Shown here: positions 24,099 to 37,181 of the stretch, piece after piece
Layout: each line of letters begins with the position of its first letter
Position numbering within the stretch: position 1 is the stretch's first letter
NCBI RefSeq assembly: GCF_902713615.1
Contig: NC_052146.1
Coordinates: 144,377,875-144,441,874, forward strand
Length of the DNA stretch: 64,000 bases
Source: Scyliorhinus canicula
Lineage: Eukaryota
Reading direction: 5' to 3'
Made by a program: the position numbers and the translations under genes
The notes under the pieces: generated by a model
The model's input: the letters and a program-made list of their open reading frames with translations, nothing else
Databases searched by the model: none
What the model was told of the DNA's origin: nothing

Positions 24099-24495
24099 CT
24101 CATTTGAATATGCATTTGCCAGATTCTCCATGCACCCAGGATTTACCGGTTGTGCGTGGGAGATCTCACTAGGGTGGGTATTTAGTAATGGTCCACACAA
24201 ACATGGACCAGTCATAACGGCACATGGGTGAGTCTCCCAAGGCATTGGAAACCACCTGGTGGGTGGGCATTGGGCAGGGTAGTACCCTGCCCAATGCCCA
24301 CTGGCACCATAGTACTTTGGCACAGCCTGCCTGGCTCCCTGGTACTGCCACCTGGGCTCTCTGGCAGGGGATTTCCATGGTGCCAGGCTGGCACTATCAA
24401 GATGCTGTGTGGCATTATGAGGCTGGCAGGGACCAAGAAACACCTTGCCAAACATGCCCAAAACTAGCCAGAGAAATGTTTCATCAAATCATGCC
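24099..24495. mobile_element. Fragment of the GGCA/TGCC-rich MITE family
   Basis: Similar to 10780-11150 and 52270-52690. Confidence 0.55.
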
Positions 24496-24499
24496 TAAT

Positions 24500-26850
24500 G
24501 TCAGAGGCACCGCCATCACCATGCCTGGATATGTCTTGCCCCACTAAGAGGACAGGCCCACCAGAAGGAGGGAGCTTCCCTGGGGCTCCTGACCAATAAT
24601 TCTGAACCCCATGAAGTCTCATTGTATCAGACAAACATAGGCAAGGAAACCGACCAACCGGGTGGGGAACAGAGGGAAGTAGACTTTGGAAACTGGGGGA
24701 CAGGTTTAGATAAATGATCTGGATCAGCGCAGGCTGGGAGGGCCGAAGGGCCTGTTCCTGTGCTCTAATTTTCTTTGTTCTTTGTTCTTTGAGTACAAGG
24801 TACTGACCACCTTCAGCTGATGAATTAATACTATTCTATATTGAACACCTCTTGGAGGAAGCAGTGAGGATGGCAAGTGGGCAGAATGTAATTTGGGTCT
24901 GGGACTTCAATGTCCATCACCAAGAGTGGTTTGGTGATACAATAACTGACCCAGATAGCTGAGTCCTAAAGAGAATAGCTGCTATGGAAAAACCTGCTTG
25001 ACCTCATCCTCACCAATCTACCTGTTGCAGGTGCATCTGTCCATTATAGTATTGGTAAGGGTGACCACGGTCATTGTGGAGACAAAGTCCCATCTTCACA
25101 TCAAGGGTACCCTCCACCGTGTTGTGTAACTACAAATGAATAGATCTAGCAGCTCAAGGCTGGGCAACACTGAGGCACTGTGGACTGTCAGCAGTAGCAG
25201 AATTGTACTCAATCACAATCTATAACCTCATGGCCTGGCATACCTCCCACTCTACCATTACCAATAGGCCAGGGAATCATCTCTGGTTTAATGAAGAGTG
25301 CAGGGGGGCATGCCAAGAACAGCGCCTGCCATGCATAATAATGAGGTTACAATCTGGTGAAGCTGGGACTACATGCATGCCAACAAGCTGAAGCAGCAAG
25401 TGATAGACAAGCTAAGCAACTCCAGAATCAATAGATCAGATCTAAACTTTGCAGTCCCACCACATACAGTAATGAAAGGTGGTGGACATTTAAACAACTC
25501 ACTGGAGGAGGAGGTTCCACAAATATCTCTATTATCAATGTTTCTTTCAAAATAAATTTAGAGTACTCAATTCATTTTTTTCCAATTAAGGGGCAATTTA
25601 TCAAGGCCAATCCACCTAACCTGTATATCTTTCGGTTTGTGGGGGCGAAACCCACGCAGACACGGGGAGAATGTGCAACCTCACACGGATAGTGACCCAG
25701 AGCCGGGATCGAACTTGGGACCTCGGCGCCATGAGGCAGCAATGCTAATCACTGCACCACCATGCTGCCCGCCCAACATCAATGATAAGGGAGCACAGAA
25801 CATAAGTACAAAAGACAAGGCTGAAGCATTGTCAGCCATGTTCAGTCAGAAGTGGTGAGTATTATTCATGTCAGTCTCCTCCTGAGATCCCCAGCATTCC
25901 ACTCAAGAAATGGCTGAATGCATTGGATACTGCAAAGACTATGGGCCCTGATAACATTCTGGCAATAGTACTGAAGACTTTTATGCCAGCATTACTGGTC
26001 TCCCATAACAAGATGTTCCGGAACAGCTAGAACACTGGCATCTACCCAGCAAAGTGAAAAATTGCCCAGTATGTCCAAAAAATCAGGATAAATCCAACCC
26101 AGCCAATTATCCATCTGTCTACTCTCAATTATTAGCAAAGTGGTGGAAGGTATCATCAATAGTGCTATCAAACAGCTCTTACATTGCAATAACCTACTCA
26201 CGGATGCTCAGTTTGAGTTCAAACGGGGTCACTCAGCTCCTGACCTCATTCTAACCTTGGTTCAAACATTTGACAAAAGAGTGAAAATCAACAGGTAAGG
26301 GGAGTGTTATTACTGTTGATATCAAAGCAGTATTTGAGACCGAATGCATTAAGGAACCGTAGAAAAGCTGAAATCAATGGGAATCAAGGGGAAAACTCTC
26401 CACTACTTTGATTGATACCCATCATAAAGGGAGATAGTTGTGGTTGTTGGAGTACAATCATCCTTGTCCAGGGACATTACCATGGAATTTCCTTAGAGTA
26501 GTGCCCTCGGCCCAATAATTTTCAACTATTTCATCAATGACCTTTCTTCCATCATAAAGTCAGTCGTGGGGATGTTTACTGATGACTGCACAATATTCAG
26601 CGCCATTTGCGTCTCATCAGATGCAAAAGCAGCCTAGGTCCAAATGCAGCAAGCATTGTGCAATATCCAACTTGGGTTGATAAGTGACACACAGCATTCA
26701 TGCCACACAAGTGCCAATCAATAAATATCTGTAACAAAACAGAACCCAAACATCGCCACTTGACATTCAATGGCATTATCATTGCTGAATCCCCCATGAC
26801 CACCATCTTGGGGATAACCATTGACCAAAATCTGAATTGGACCAGTAATA
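24500..26850 (+). mobile_element. Old CR1/L2-type LINE ORF2 remnant with a nested CR1 tail (about 24655-24790) and SINE
   Basis: GDFNVHHQEW, LLDLILTNL, GPDNI, DKSNPANY and FTDDCT motifs occur across frames. The nested CR1 tail ends in (TTTGTTC)n. Confidence 0.8.
25545..25770 (-). mobile_element. Short HE1-related SINE variant
   Basis: Reverse complement of the 20172 family. Confidence 0.85.
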
Positions 26851-26857
26851 GAAACAA

Positions 26858-27865
26858 AATAGAAACTCCAAAAGAAAACAGGAGTAGGAGAAGGCCATTT
26901 ATCCCTTGAGCCTGCTCCGCCATTCATTATGAACATGGCTAATCATCCAACTCAGTAACTTGTTCCCGCTTTCCCCATATACTTTGATTCCCTTAGCCCC
27001 AAGAATTATAACAATCTCCTGCTTGTAAACACACTGGGTTGGATTCTTCCACCCCACCCGCTGCAAGATCACCACGGGCGGTCGCGGACCGTGTAAATGT
27101 CCCATTGACCTCAGGTGGGAATTTTCGGTCGCCAGATGAGCACGGCCGGAGAATCCCGCCCACAATGTTTTGTCCTCAATTGCTTACTGTGGTAGAGAAT
27201 TCCAGAGCCTCACCACTCTCTCGGTGAAGAACTTTATCCTCAATCTCAGTCCTAAATGGTCGTTTCTGGTGTCCTCAGTCTGTGACCCCTGGTTCTGGAC
27301 TCCCCTACCAACGGAAACATCTTTCCTGCATCTAAAATCCTGCTAGAATTTTCTCGCTTACTATGAGATTCCCTTATTCTTCTGAACTCCAGTGATTATA
27401 AACATGACCGACTTAATCTTTCCTCATACATCAATCCCACCATTTTTCCAATCAATCTGGTAAATCTTCGCTGCACTCACTCTAGAGCAAGAGCATCTTT
27501 CCTCAAATAAAGAGACCAAAACTGCTCACAGTCTTAGCAAAGCCCTGTATAACTGTAGCAAGACATCCCAGCTCCTGTACTTGAATCCTCTCGCAATGAA
27601 GGTCAACATACTGTTCGCCTTCTTCACTGCCTGCTGCACCTGCATGCTTACTTTCAACAACTGGTATACAAGGACACCTGGGTCTCGTTGCACATTCCCC
27701 TCTCAATCTATAAATTCTGATAAAATCTGCCTTCCTGTATTTTTTAACCAAAGTGGATAACCTAATTTTTTACACATTTTTCACCACCTGCCATGCATTT
27801 ACCCACTCACTCAACTTGTCCGAATCACATTGAAGCATCTCTTCATCCTCCTCATAGCTTACCCA
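26858..27865 (-). mobile_element. CR1/HER1 LINE 3' fragment with a 126-bp MITE (27036-27161)
   Basis: Collinear with 37190-38050. The MITE has GGGTTGGATTCT...AGAATCCCGCCC ends. Confidence 0.8.
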
Positions 27866-28291
27866 CCCCCATCACTTTTACAAATAATTCATGCTTCAAC
27901 AATGGTGAATTGCAGATTTTCAGTGTGAACAATTCTTTCCAACATTTTGCATGCTTTTCATTATTGTTGTACATTTTTGCCCTTTTGTTACTGCCTTGCA
28001 AACATTGAGAAGAATCTTTGACTATTTATCCTTCATAACCTTGAAGACTTCCAACAGAAGATTTCTTAACTGTCATTGTTCGAAAGTAAAAGTCAGAACT
28101 TTGTAATGCTCTCAATGACTGTAATTCCTCATCCTTGGGAATTTCCCAGTGAATCTATGCGGCCTCTTATCTATTACTTTTGCATTTTTCTTTTAACAGA
28201 GTACGCAATAATGTGTCCAATATTACACATTAACTAATGTCTTGTACAGATTCAGCATTACTTCCTTGATTTTGTTTGTTGTACTTCAAAG

Positions 28292-28640
28292 ACCCCTCCC
28301 ACCTGGCTTATTCACTCTTCCTACTTCTTCCATCGGGCAGGAGATACAAAAGTCTGAGAACACGCACTAACAGTTCAAAAACAGTTTCTTTCCTGCTGTT
28401 ACCATACCCCTAAATGACCCTCTTATGAACTGATCTGATCTCTTCACACATCTTCTCTACTGAGCAGTGCTACACTCCTGTATGCTTCACCCAATGCCAA
28501 TGTCTATGTATTCACATTGTGTATTTTATGTTTGCCCTATATATTTTCTTTTCATGTATGTAATGAACTGACTAAACTGTACGCTGGACAATACTTTTTA
28601 CTGTACCTCGGTACACGTGACAATAAAAAAATCCAATCAG
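28292..28640 (+). mobile_element. Rex1/Babar-type LINE 3' end
   Basis: SLFLLLPSGRRYKSLRTRTN followed by FKNSFFPAV, then a 3' UTR ending GTGACAATAAA. Confidence 0.8.
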
Positions 28641-30163
28641 TAAAAAACAAAAGCATTTGGATTCCCTTTTATGTCTTCATACATGTGTGTTGGCCTTTAA
28701 CACTGTAATGATCCTTGTGGAGACCAATAACATAAACAAAATGAACTTCCCAAACAATCCCAGTTGAAGAAACAGATGGACAAGATTTTGTTTTTTTAAA
28801 CTTTTCCCATAACAATGAACTCAAAATTAATATAAATTGAACACAAATTAACAGGCAAATTGTATTCAGCAGAAACTATAAATTATATTTTAAATAACCA
28901 ATGTAACAAGAATAGATTTCACAGATTTTTTCAGTCATCTCCTCAACAGAGAAGACATTCATCTCAGCCTCAGCATCCCATAAACTCTATTCTTCCCAGT
29001 TGGAGTTTCTGTTCCTTTCTTCATCAGGAGTTGCATCCGACAGCAAGTTCACCACCCCTGAGTTCCACTGATTCAATGAGCACCAAAAGGCTTACCTTTC
29101 TGAATCCTGCATGACTGTCCTCCCAGAATTAGCCTATTTTGATATTTTTGCTTGCATAGTCACTCTCCTCCGTGTTTCCAGCTCCTGGCCTTCTAAGGAG
29201 CTGGCTCCTCTGTCTGGCAAGGCAGCGGCAGGTCCCAAAATGGATGCTGCCTGCCTTTGTCCATGGTGCCAAGCAGGCAGCTCCCACATCCTGGAGGTGC
29301 CCAGGGCCACTGATTGGGTACCCAACCTGCCCCCTGATGAGACCATTTGAATTTTAAAATAATGTTGCATGGTCAACGCAGTTGAGGTGCGCAATTCGTC
29401 TTGATGTGAGGTTTCAAATCGGCTTTGAAAATCAAGTCCCCTATTATTCCAGTCTGAGAATTGGCCCTTTATCCTTATTTTTGTATTCTGCCATCTAGCC
29501 ATTTTTCTAATCATGCAGCTAAATTCCTCTTAATTATGTGCACTCGTATTTTTACCATTGTCACATATGTGCAGTATAATAATTGTGCCATATTTTCATC
29601 ATATAAATGTTATTTCTAGAGAGCTTTGTTTCAATAAAATGGGGTACTGCCTACTTATAACTGTTACGCTGATTATCGGTTAAAGAAGTGGGACAAAAGT
29701 GATCACTATTAATAGTTACAATATATTTTTCAAGACTTTTCACTGAGTCATCAATACACTTTTTCAATACAACAACAATGAGAGGATCTTGGTAAATGGT
29801 GTATCCATAGATTTGTTCATGGTTGTATTTTTTTAATGGCAAATACATTTCAGAAATAAGTGCTATTCAGGAACCAACAGTGGCATTGAATAAGTGAGTT
29901 TTGGGCTCATAAGTATTCTGAAATTGATTAAGGCAGAGAAGGGTGCATACATCTCAATTATACTTCTTTGAGTCTGTGATTTTTGAAGTTGGTTCTGGCG
30001 AAAGACTTTCCTCTTTTAAGAATCAACAGAAAATAAGTGATTTAATCTTGTTATTCAGCTAAGTGGTGTAGATCCAGCACAGCACTGCACTTTAAATTTA
30101 ATCTCTTATACAAGCTCTCTTCTGTAACAGAATGCTGAGCTCTTTACAATGGTATAATGGTGT

Positions 30164-30520
30164 GGCAGCACGGTAGCATTGTGGATAGCACAATCGCTTC
30201 ACAGCTCCAGGGTCCCAGGTTCGATTCCAGCTTGGGTCGCTGTCTGTGTGGAGCCTGCACATCCTCCCCGTGTGTGCGTGGGTTTCCTCCGGGTGCTCCG
30301 GTTTCCTCCCACAGTCCAAAGATGTGCAGGTTAGGTGGATTGGCCATGATAAATTGCCCTTAGTGTCCAAAATTGCCCTTAGTGTTGGGTGGGGTACTGG
30401 GTTATGGGGATAGGGTGGAGGTGTTGACCTTGGGTAGGATGCTCTTTCCAAGAGCCGGTGCAGACTCGATGGGCCGAATGGCCTCCTTCTGCACTGTAAA
30501 TTCTATGTAATTCTATGTAT
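30164..30520 (+). mobile_element. HE1-type V-SINE
   Basis: Near-identical to 41337-41690. Confidence 0.93.
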
Positions 30521-30914
30521 GACAAACATTGACGTGTGTTTATAATTCTAAATTTATCGCCTCAGCAATTGTTTGAAAATCAGAAATTCCATTGAAAAAT
30601 ACTCACATTTTTGCTGTTTGTTCACTATTTTGCACATGAACAGTTTGTTGAGTAAACACCCTGTTCAAATGCAAAATATCCAGTTTCAAGTATTTATTTG
30701 TAAAATAAATCATCACAGACTTAAAATAAAATCTTCCTAAAATTCAGAATGTCACTGTTTTAAAACAACCAACTGCTAAAATATAACAAGCTGAAGAACA
30801 AAGTCATATCATGTCTGCCACATATTAAACTATTAAACAATTACTATCGAATAACTCTTGCCAAGTTTAAAAGGTAGGATCAATCCTACTGACTTTCAGC
30901 ATCTGATGCGATCA

Positions 30915-31160
30915 TTAGACATAGGAGCAAACGTAGGCCATTTGGCCCATCGAATCTGCTTTGTCATTCAGTGAGATCATGACTGATCTCATATGATAAT
31001 TCTAAATGCTACTTTCCCGCCTTATCCCCATAACCCTTGATTCCCTTACTGATTAAAAATCAGTCTATTTCTGCCTATAAGATACTGAGCAACCCAGCTT
31101 CCACAGCCCCTATGGTAAAGAATTCCACAGATTCACTGCCCTCTGAGATATTCCTCTAGT
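30915..31160 (-). mobile_element. CR1 3' end fragment
   Basis: AGACATAGGAGCA..GTAGGCCATTTGGCCCATCGA tail, collinear with 37190-37430. Confidence 0.8.
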
Positions 31161-32777
31161 TCCTTTCCCTCACAAACTACTCGAAGATAGCATTTATAAG
31201 AGGTATAACTTCTGGTTGCAAACCTGTCAAAGGCAAACCAGGTTGAACTGTACAACCTTAAAAACTCACATTATTGGGTGTATTCCATGATTTAAGGAAT
31301 AAATGAAGTTATGCACGTAATCTTGAAACTTGGCTGAATTGAATAGAGGGGTGGTGGCTTTGCAATGCAGGTAGTGAGGAAGGAAGGGGGACGATGTATT
31401 TTGGAGGCAGCAAAACAATAGTACCCCATTTACTTCTGGTCCTCATAAAAACATTTTTGAAAGACTATTTTGGGGTGGGCAGCATAATATTGGGGTCATT
31501 TCACTTACAAATCAGCTCAATTTATCCTTAATTTATTTATATAAGGTGGGCATGGCTGTTTTCGGCACCTCACGCTCCCATGTTATGGAGAACAACTCGA
31601 GTGTGGACAGGAAGGTGATGGACGAGTCACCCCTCGTATCTGCCCCCTCACCAAAAACATACCTGGCAGGGGATCATAAAATTCAGCCCATAGTCCTCAT
31701 GTAATTTTTGTAACATTGCAAAGATAAGCATTAAATGCACATGTATTATACTGAAATCAATCTTTGAAAGGGAAAACCTTTCCCATTTGAGCTTTCCTCT
31801 GAGTTTCATTATATTTAACCATCACTTTACTTGTCCCACTTTCCAGTAGCCTTGTGATGCTTTCAGTTCATATTCCTTTGTTTTCTTTTAGACAGCATGC
31901 CAAATCACCTATTTGCAATTGAATTCCCCAACTAAACCATCACGGATTTTGATTAACAGCTGTCTGGTGGGCCACCCCCAGTCCCAGCATGACCAAACAA
32001 TACATATCAGTTGCAAGCTGCGAAGTGACAAAACATCTGGCAGCATATGGCTTGTGTACAATTCAGGTCCAAGTAGCTCCTGCTATATAAATTAATCAAA
32101 GTGATCTCATCTGCCATTTCCTTTCAAAGGAATCTGTTTATCCATTAATTTTCATCATTTGCCACACAAAATGTATTTATCATTTAGAAATAAAACCAGA
32201 AAGATGCCAATACAATAATCTTTGTTCCTTTTACTTGTGTACAGATAGAATAATGAACAATTTCAACAAGGTACATGTACATTATACCAAATGAGCTAGT
32301 ATTTGAGATCAGGATAACATCATGTCAATAAATGCAGCCCATTTCTATTATTAGGGGCACACATGTCCTGTTTGTCCCTGAATTCTGGTAAAAATGCCCA
32401 AAGATTCATTGGAGTGAAATTTCACTTTTGCTGCTGTTTTCCCTAAAAACAGGTGGCAGGACAAGGCTCCGTCTGATTGATTTCAGACTTAACGAGGTAA
32501 TTGATTATGCCAAATAATATTAACTTGAGGAATTTCAAGGCCTTTTTGGAGTTGCCTGGGTATAATTTGACACTTCTCCTTTTGCTTATTTTGGGAAAGC
32601 AGGTGTGCCTTCATTAAGTTATCTCTAAATCAGCGCCACATTTTTCGATTATTTTTGGCGTCAGCTTGTGAAAATGAACACTGCACTGTGTGCTTTTCAT
32701 AATGTAACACAAACTTGTGCAAGTGTGCAATCATTTGAAATGAGAGTAAAGAAAATTGGAATACTTGAAGGAAAATA

Positions 32778-32967
32778 TGGGCTGGAATTCGCCCGCCATT
32801 GGGATTCTCAATTTCCTGCATGCAGCACATTCCCGCCCACGGGTTTCCCGGTGGTGTGGGGTGGTTGCAATGGGAAATCCCATTGACAAGTGGCGGGAAG
32901 AGAGAATCCCACTGCTAGCGAATGGCACACCGCTAAAAAAGACATGGCTGGGGTACTGGAGAATCCA
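32778..32967. mobile_element. Short Harbinger-type MITE
   Basis: GGGCTGGAATTC...GGAGAATCCA ends. It lies about 240 bp from the CSMD donor site. Confidence 0.65.
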
Positions 32968-33186
32968 TGATTCTTACCTAAAGTGGCTGTGAATAGGTCT
33001 TTTCCCTACTCTTTCAATTTCAATATTTAATAAACAAAAATACAATATTCCTTTCGGGCTCCACAGTGTTGAAAACATGAGACTTCGATTTTATCCTTAA
33101 CATCTCAGCGGCTGACTTTTTCGATATCATTAATCTCATGGTTGTAGCAACCTGCCACACAAGAGACCAAGTTGGAATCCCCTTCA

Positions 33187-33351
<165 letters not shown>

Positions 33352-33979
33352 TTAGCACAGAACAGAAACGTAAATTCTTCTGGGGATTAAAATCGGATTA
33401 GAAATGATCTTAATCCAGCATTAACAGTCGTAGACCATTGGCCAAGACGTAGTTCATCAAGTCACAGAAACAGCCATGTGCCATGTCAGAATTGCACAGT
33501 CTTTAACATTTATGAACTAACATTTATACTTTATAAGAAACCCAGCCTGCAAAAGATACTCCTGCAACAAAGCCCACTTGGGGTTGCTAATTCACCATCA
33601 GGTTTGGGAATACTAGTTGCTTTTCGCTTCCAACCCCCCAATGAGGTAGAACTGAAATCTCTACATGGTTATTTCAGTTCAAAATTACTCACTGGTTCAT
33701 TGGGTCAACTACCTGAGTATAAACCAAATCTGAGCCCATTGCTCAGGTCCGTGCTGGATGAATTCGACAACGTACTGGATTTATGCAACATGTTTGATGT
33801 CAACAAAGCATGTCAATGTGATTCACAGAGGCACAAACAAATGTTGAACGTGAGTCAAAGACGAGGATATCAGGAATGGTGACCAAATGTCTGTATGGTT
33901 TGATGAATTGCAAAAGGATATGCACAGAGAGCAGAGTTAGAGGAAGGAGCTTTGTTGGGCTTGGGGATATTTCAGTGAT

Positions 33980-34311
33980 ATAGAACATAGAACATAGAAC
34001 AGTACAGCACAGAACAGGCCTTTCAGCCCTCGATGTTGTGCCGAGCAATGATCACCCTACTTAAACCCACGTAACCCTTATAACCCAACAATCCCCCCAT
34101 TAACCTTACACTACGGGCAATTTAGCATGGCCAATCCACCTAACCCGCACATCTTTGGACTGTGGGAGGAAACCGGAGCACCCGGAGGAAACCCACGCAC
34201 ACACGGGGAGGACGTGCAGACTCCACACAGACAGTGACCCAGCTGGGAATCGAACCTGGGACCCTGGAGCTGTGAAGCATTGATGCTAACCACCATGCTA
34301 CCGTGAGGCCC
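33980..34311 (-). mobile_element. HE1-type V-SINE (young subfamily)
   Basis: Nearly identical to 58810-59136, with a (TAGAACA)n tail on the plus strand. Confidence 0.93.
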
Positions 34312-34767
34312 CTTATATTGGCAGAGGCCCATGAAGGGGTTCTAATGTCGAGAAATCTAAATTGAATTTGAACATTCCAAATTTAAAGTTGAAGAACCAG
34401 ACGCTAAATAGGCTTGTTCTTGGTATCATCCCAGGATGCCCAAGAAATGGGCCTCATGAATGTTCTGATTAATCATACGGGTCCAAATTGGACGCAAGAC
34501 GGTTGACGGCTAAATTGGAATGTTTTGTGCTCATTTTACAACAGACATGCAGTACCACGATCCCCCAAAATGCTCAAATTTAAAACTATTTTATTTCTGT
34601 TATAACCCACATGAGACCTACGAGGATGGACCAATTAGTCTTCCCATGAGCCTCATTGAATACGAGCTTCCCCGCAGCAGGGCAATGGCCCAATCAGTGG
34701 AGCAAATGGACTCTAGCATAAAAGCCAGCACAGGTGAGAGCCAAACATGCAGTGAACTGTGTATGTA

Positions 34768-35465
34768 GGGCGGGATTCTCCAAACCCGCGCAGGGTTGGA
34801 GAATCGCCGGTGGGCCGCGCGAATTGCACCACGCCGCCCCGACGCTGGAACGTGATTCTCTGCAGAGTGGAGAATCGGTGCCGGCATGGTTGGAGCAGCG
34901 CTGGTCACGGGCCGCTCTACGCAGCCGGCTCACTGATTCTCCGACCCGGATGGGCCAAGCGGCCGTAAGAAAAGAGCTGAGTCCCACCGGCGCAGATCTA
35001 AACTGCTCTGGGCCAGCGGGACCTCGGCATGTAAGGGTCGGGTGGCGGCGTTTGGGGGGGGAGGGGGGTCCGACTCTGGGGGGGCCTCGGATGTGGCCTG
35101 GCCCGCGATCGGGGCCCACTGATCGGCGGACCAGCTTCTGTGGCTGGGGACCTCCTTTCCTACACGCTGGCCCTTGTAGTCCTGCACCATGTTGCGCATT
35201 GAAGGAGGCCACTGCCCATGCGTGCGTTGGCGCCGGTGCCACTGCGCATGTCCTTGTTGGCACCGGCACAACTGCGCATACGCGGATCCCGCGGCACACA
35301 GTTCACCCGGGGATCTACAGCTGGAGCGGCGCAAACCGCTCCAGCGCCATGCTGGCCCCCTGGAGGGGCCAGAATTAGTTGTGGGAGCGACCCGTTAAGG
35401 CGTCGTAAAACACTACGCCGTTTACAATGGAGTGCACACTGCCGCGGGATTGGAGAATCCCGCCC
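34768..35465. mobile_element. Full-length Harbinger-type MITE
   Basis: Perfect TIRs GGGCGGGATTCTCC/GGAGAATCCCGCCC and a 3-bp TSD GTA (34765-34767 and 35466-35468). Confidence 0.92.
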
Positions 35466-37181
35466 GTAGTTTACTTTGCAATAAAACATTTTCCTTTAGG
35501 CCTCTCGTTTTGACTCCTCTGTGGCCACTGACATTCTAAAATCCAAAACTGATAAGTGTTCTTTCATTTAAAATTATTAGCTGTGCTTTTCCACAATGTG
35601 GGTATATTAATATCAAATTTTACACAACGTCTTGTAAATGCTGCAGCTCAGCTGAAATATAATAAGTCATCTCAAACCAAAAGAGAATTGTTACCTTTCT
35701 GGTTGAATAGATTTTCCCCAAAGTGTTGCCAAGGGTCACTCAGCAGATTAAATAGTATCATCAATTTGACTGGCCTTGTCCTCTCTTCATGTCTCTATCT
35801 CTAAGGACTGCTTTGAGCAACTTAAGTTGTTTACCCAAGTCAAGCTAGTATGTAGCTAGCCAAGTGCATGCTGTACACTTCTTGGTTCCCTCATTTCCCT
35901 CGCATCTGGAGTAAGAACAATTACTAAAGGGTGTCTTGCAAAGGCAATCCATCTTGCACTGATAATTCATTTTTTCACAACCTTTTGACTCGGGGTGCTG
36001 CCACTGAGCGAAGGCTGACAACAGTGGTCAATGATTCATCAGATTTCCAACACAGAACAGTTATAGCCAGAATTCCTCTGCAAGAAATAAAGAAGAATCC
36101 TCCAATGTATAGACAGAAGTTTCTGCCTCCAAGTGAAGGAGTGTTCGACAGACTGCAGCTTAAATTATGATAATTGTGACCTCTTGCATTATTTGTTCAT
36201 TTGGGGTGTGTCTATCAGTTTGCTACTTTTCTCAGCTGGTATGCAAGTTTGAACCAAATACAAACTCTAGCAGTTTTACTTTATGTACAATGATTTAAAT
36301 GTGAATCATATTCCCTGCTTTTTATTTCCTGCCTTGCTGTTGGTAAGAATTCCTCAATCTGAAGGGTTGTTCAGCTTAGTTTCTGCATGTACTCCTGCTG
36401 GATGCTCACAGATCCCTTGTAGAAGGCGTCAAACTCAAACTGATGCTGGAATGGTTGAAGCATGTTCTCGAAAGGCCCACAACTACAGGTTCAGTGCCGT
36501 CACTCCCAGCTCATTTCTGATATTCACCTTTTTTGGCCATGTTTGGAACAAGACTGCAAAGTGGCTTGGAGCTGAGTTGGCCTTGGCAGGACACTATCCC
36601 AGTTTGTCTCAGCAAGGATGATACCTTGCTGTTGGAAGTATTAATAACTCATTAAAACGTTTTGTAAGTTGCAATGCTAATTTTTCTGCATTTTTTGGTG
36701 AATGTGGTTCCAAAGAGAGAAATCCAAAATCAAAATGGTGGAATTAATAATCCTTTCTAATTCCATGCCTAAGGATTTTAAAAGTTACAAAGTCAAGTGA
36801 ACAAGCACCATTCAAGAATAAGGCATACAATTGTTCTAATTTTCTACATTTCTCTTGTTGGACAGAACCCTTGAACAATATTTGCAATAGAGAAAATGAC
36901 ATGGAATGTGATAACCTCAATGTCAAAAAGGAGCCTGAAAATTAACCTCTAACACTAATTACTGGAAAACAGTAAAATCCCTAAATTATGATTATCTCAG
37001 AACATATGAGTACTCATTGATCACAGTTCATTTTACATCTTTGAATGAGGTGCTTTCTGTCCAAGGTGCCCTTTATGGCCTCACAACATCCAAAAATGCT
37101 TTACAATCATGAAAGTACTTTGAAGTGTAGGTATAATGTTAATTATACAAAAAGCTCCCTCCTACCATCCTATATCATCCT

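Noticed and set aside
28703-29120. Possible solo LTR starting TGTAATGATCC
   Set aside because: No matching CA end or TSD could be identified.
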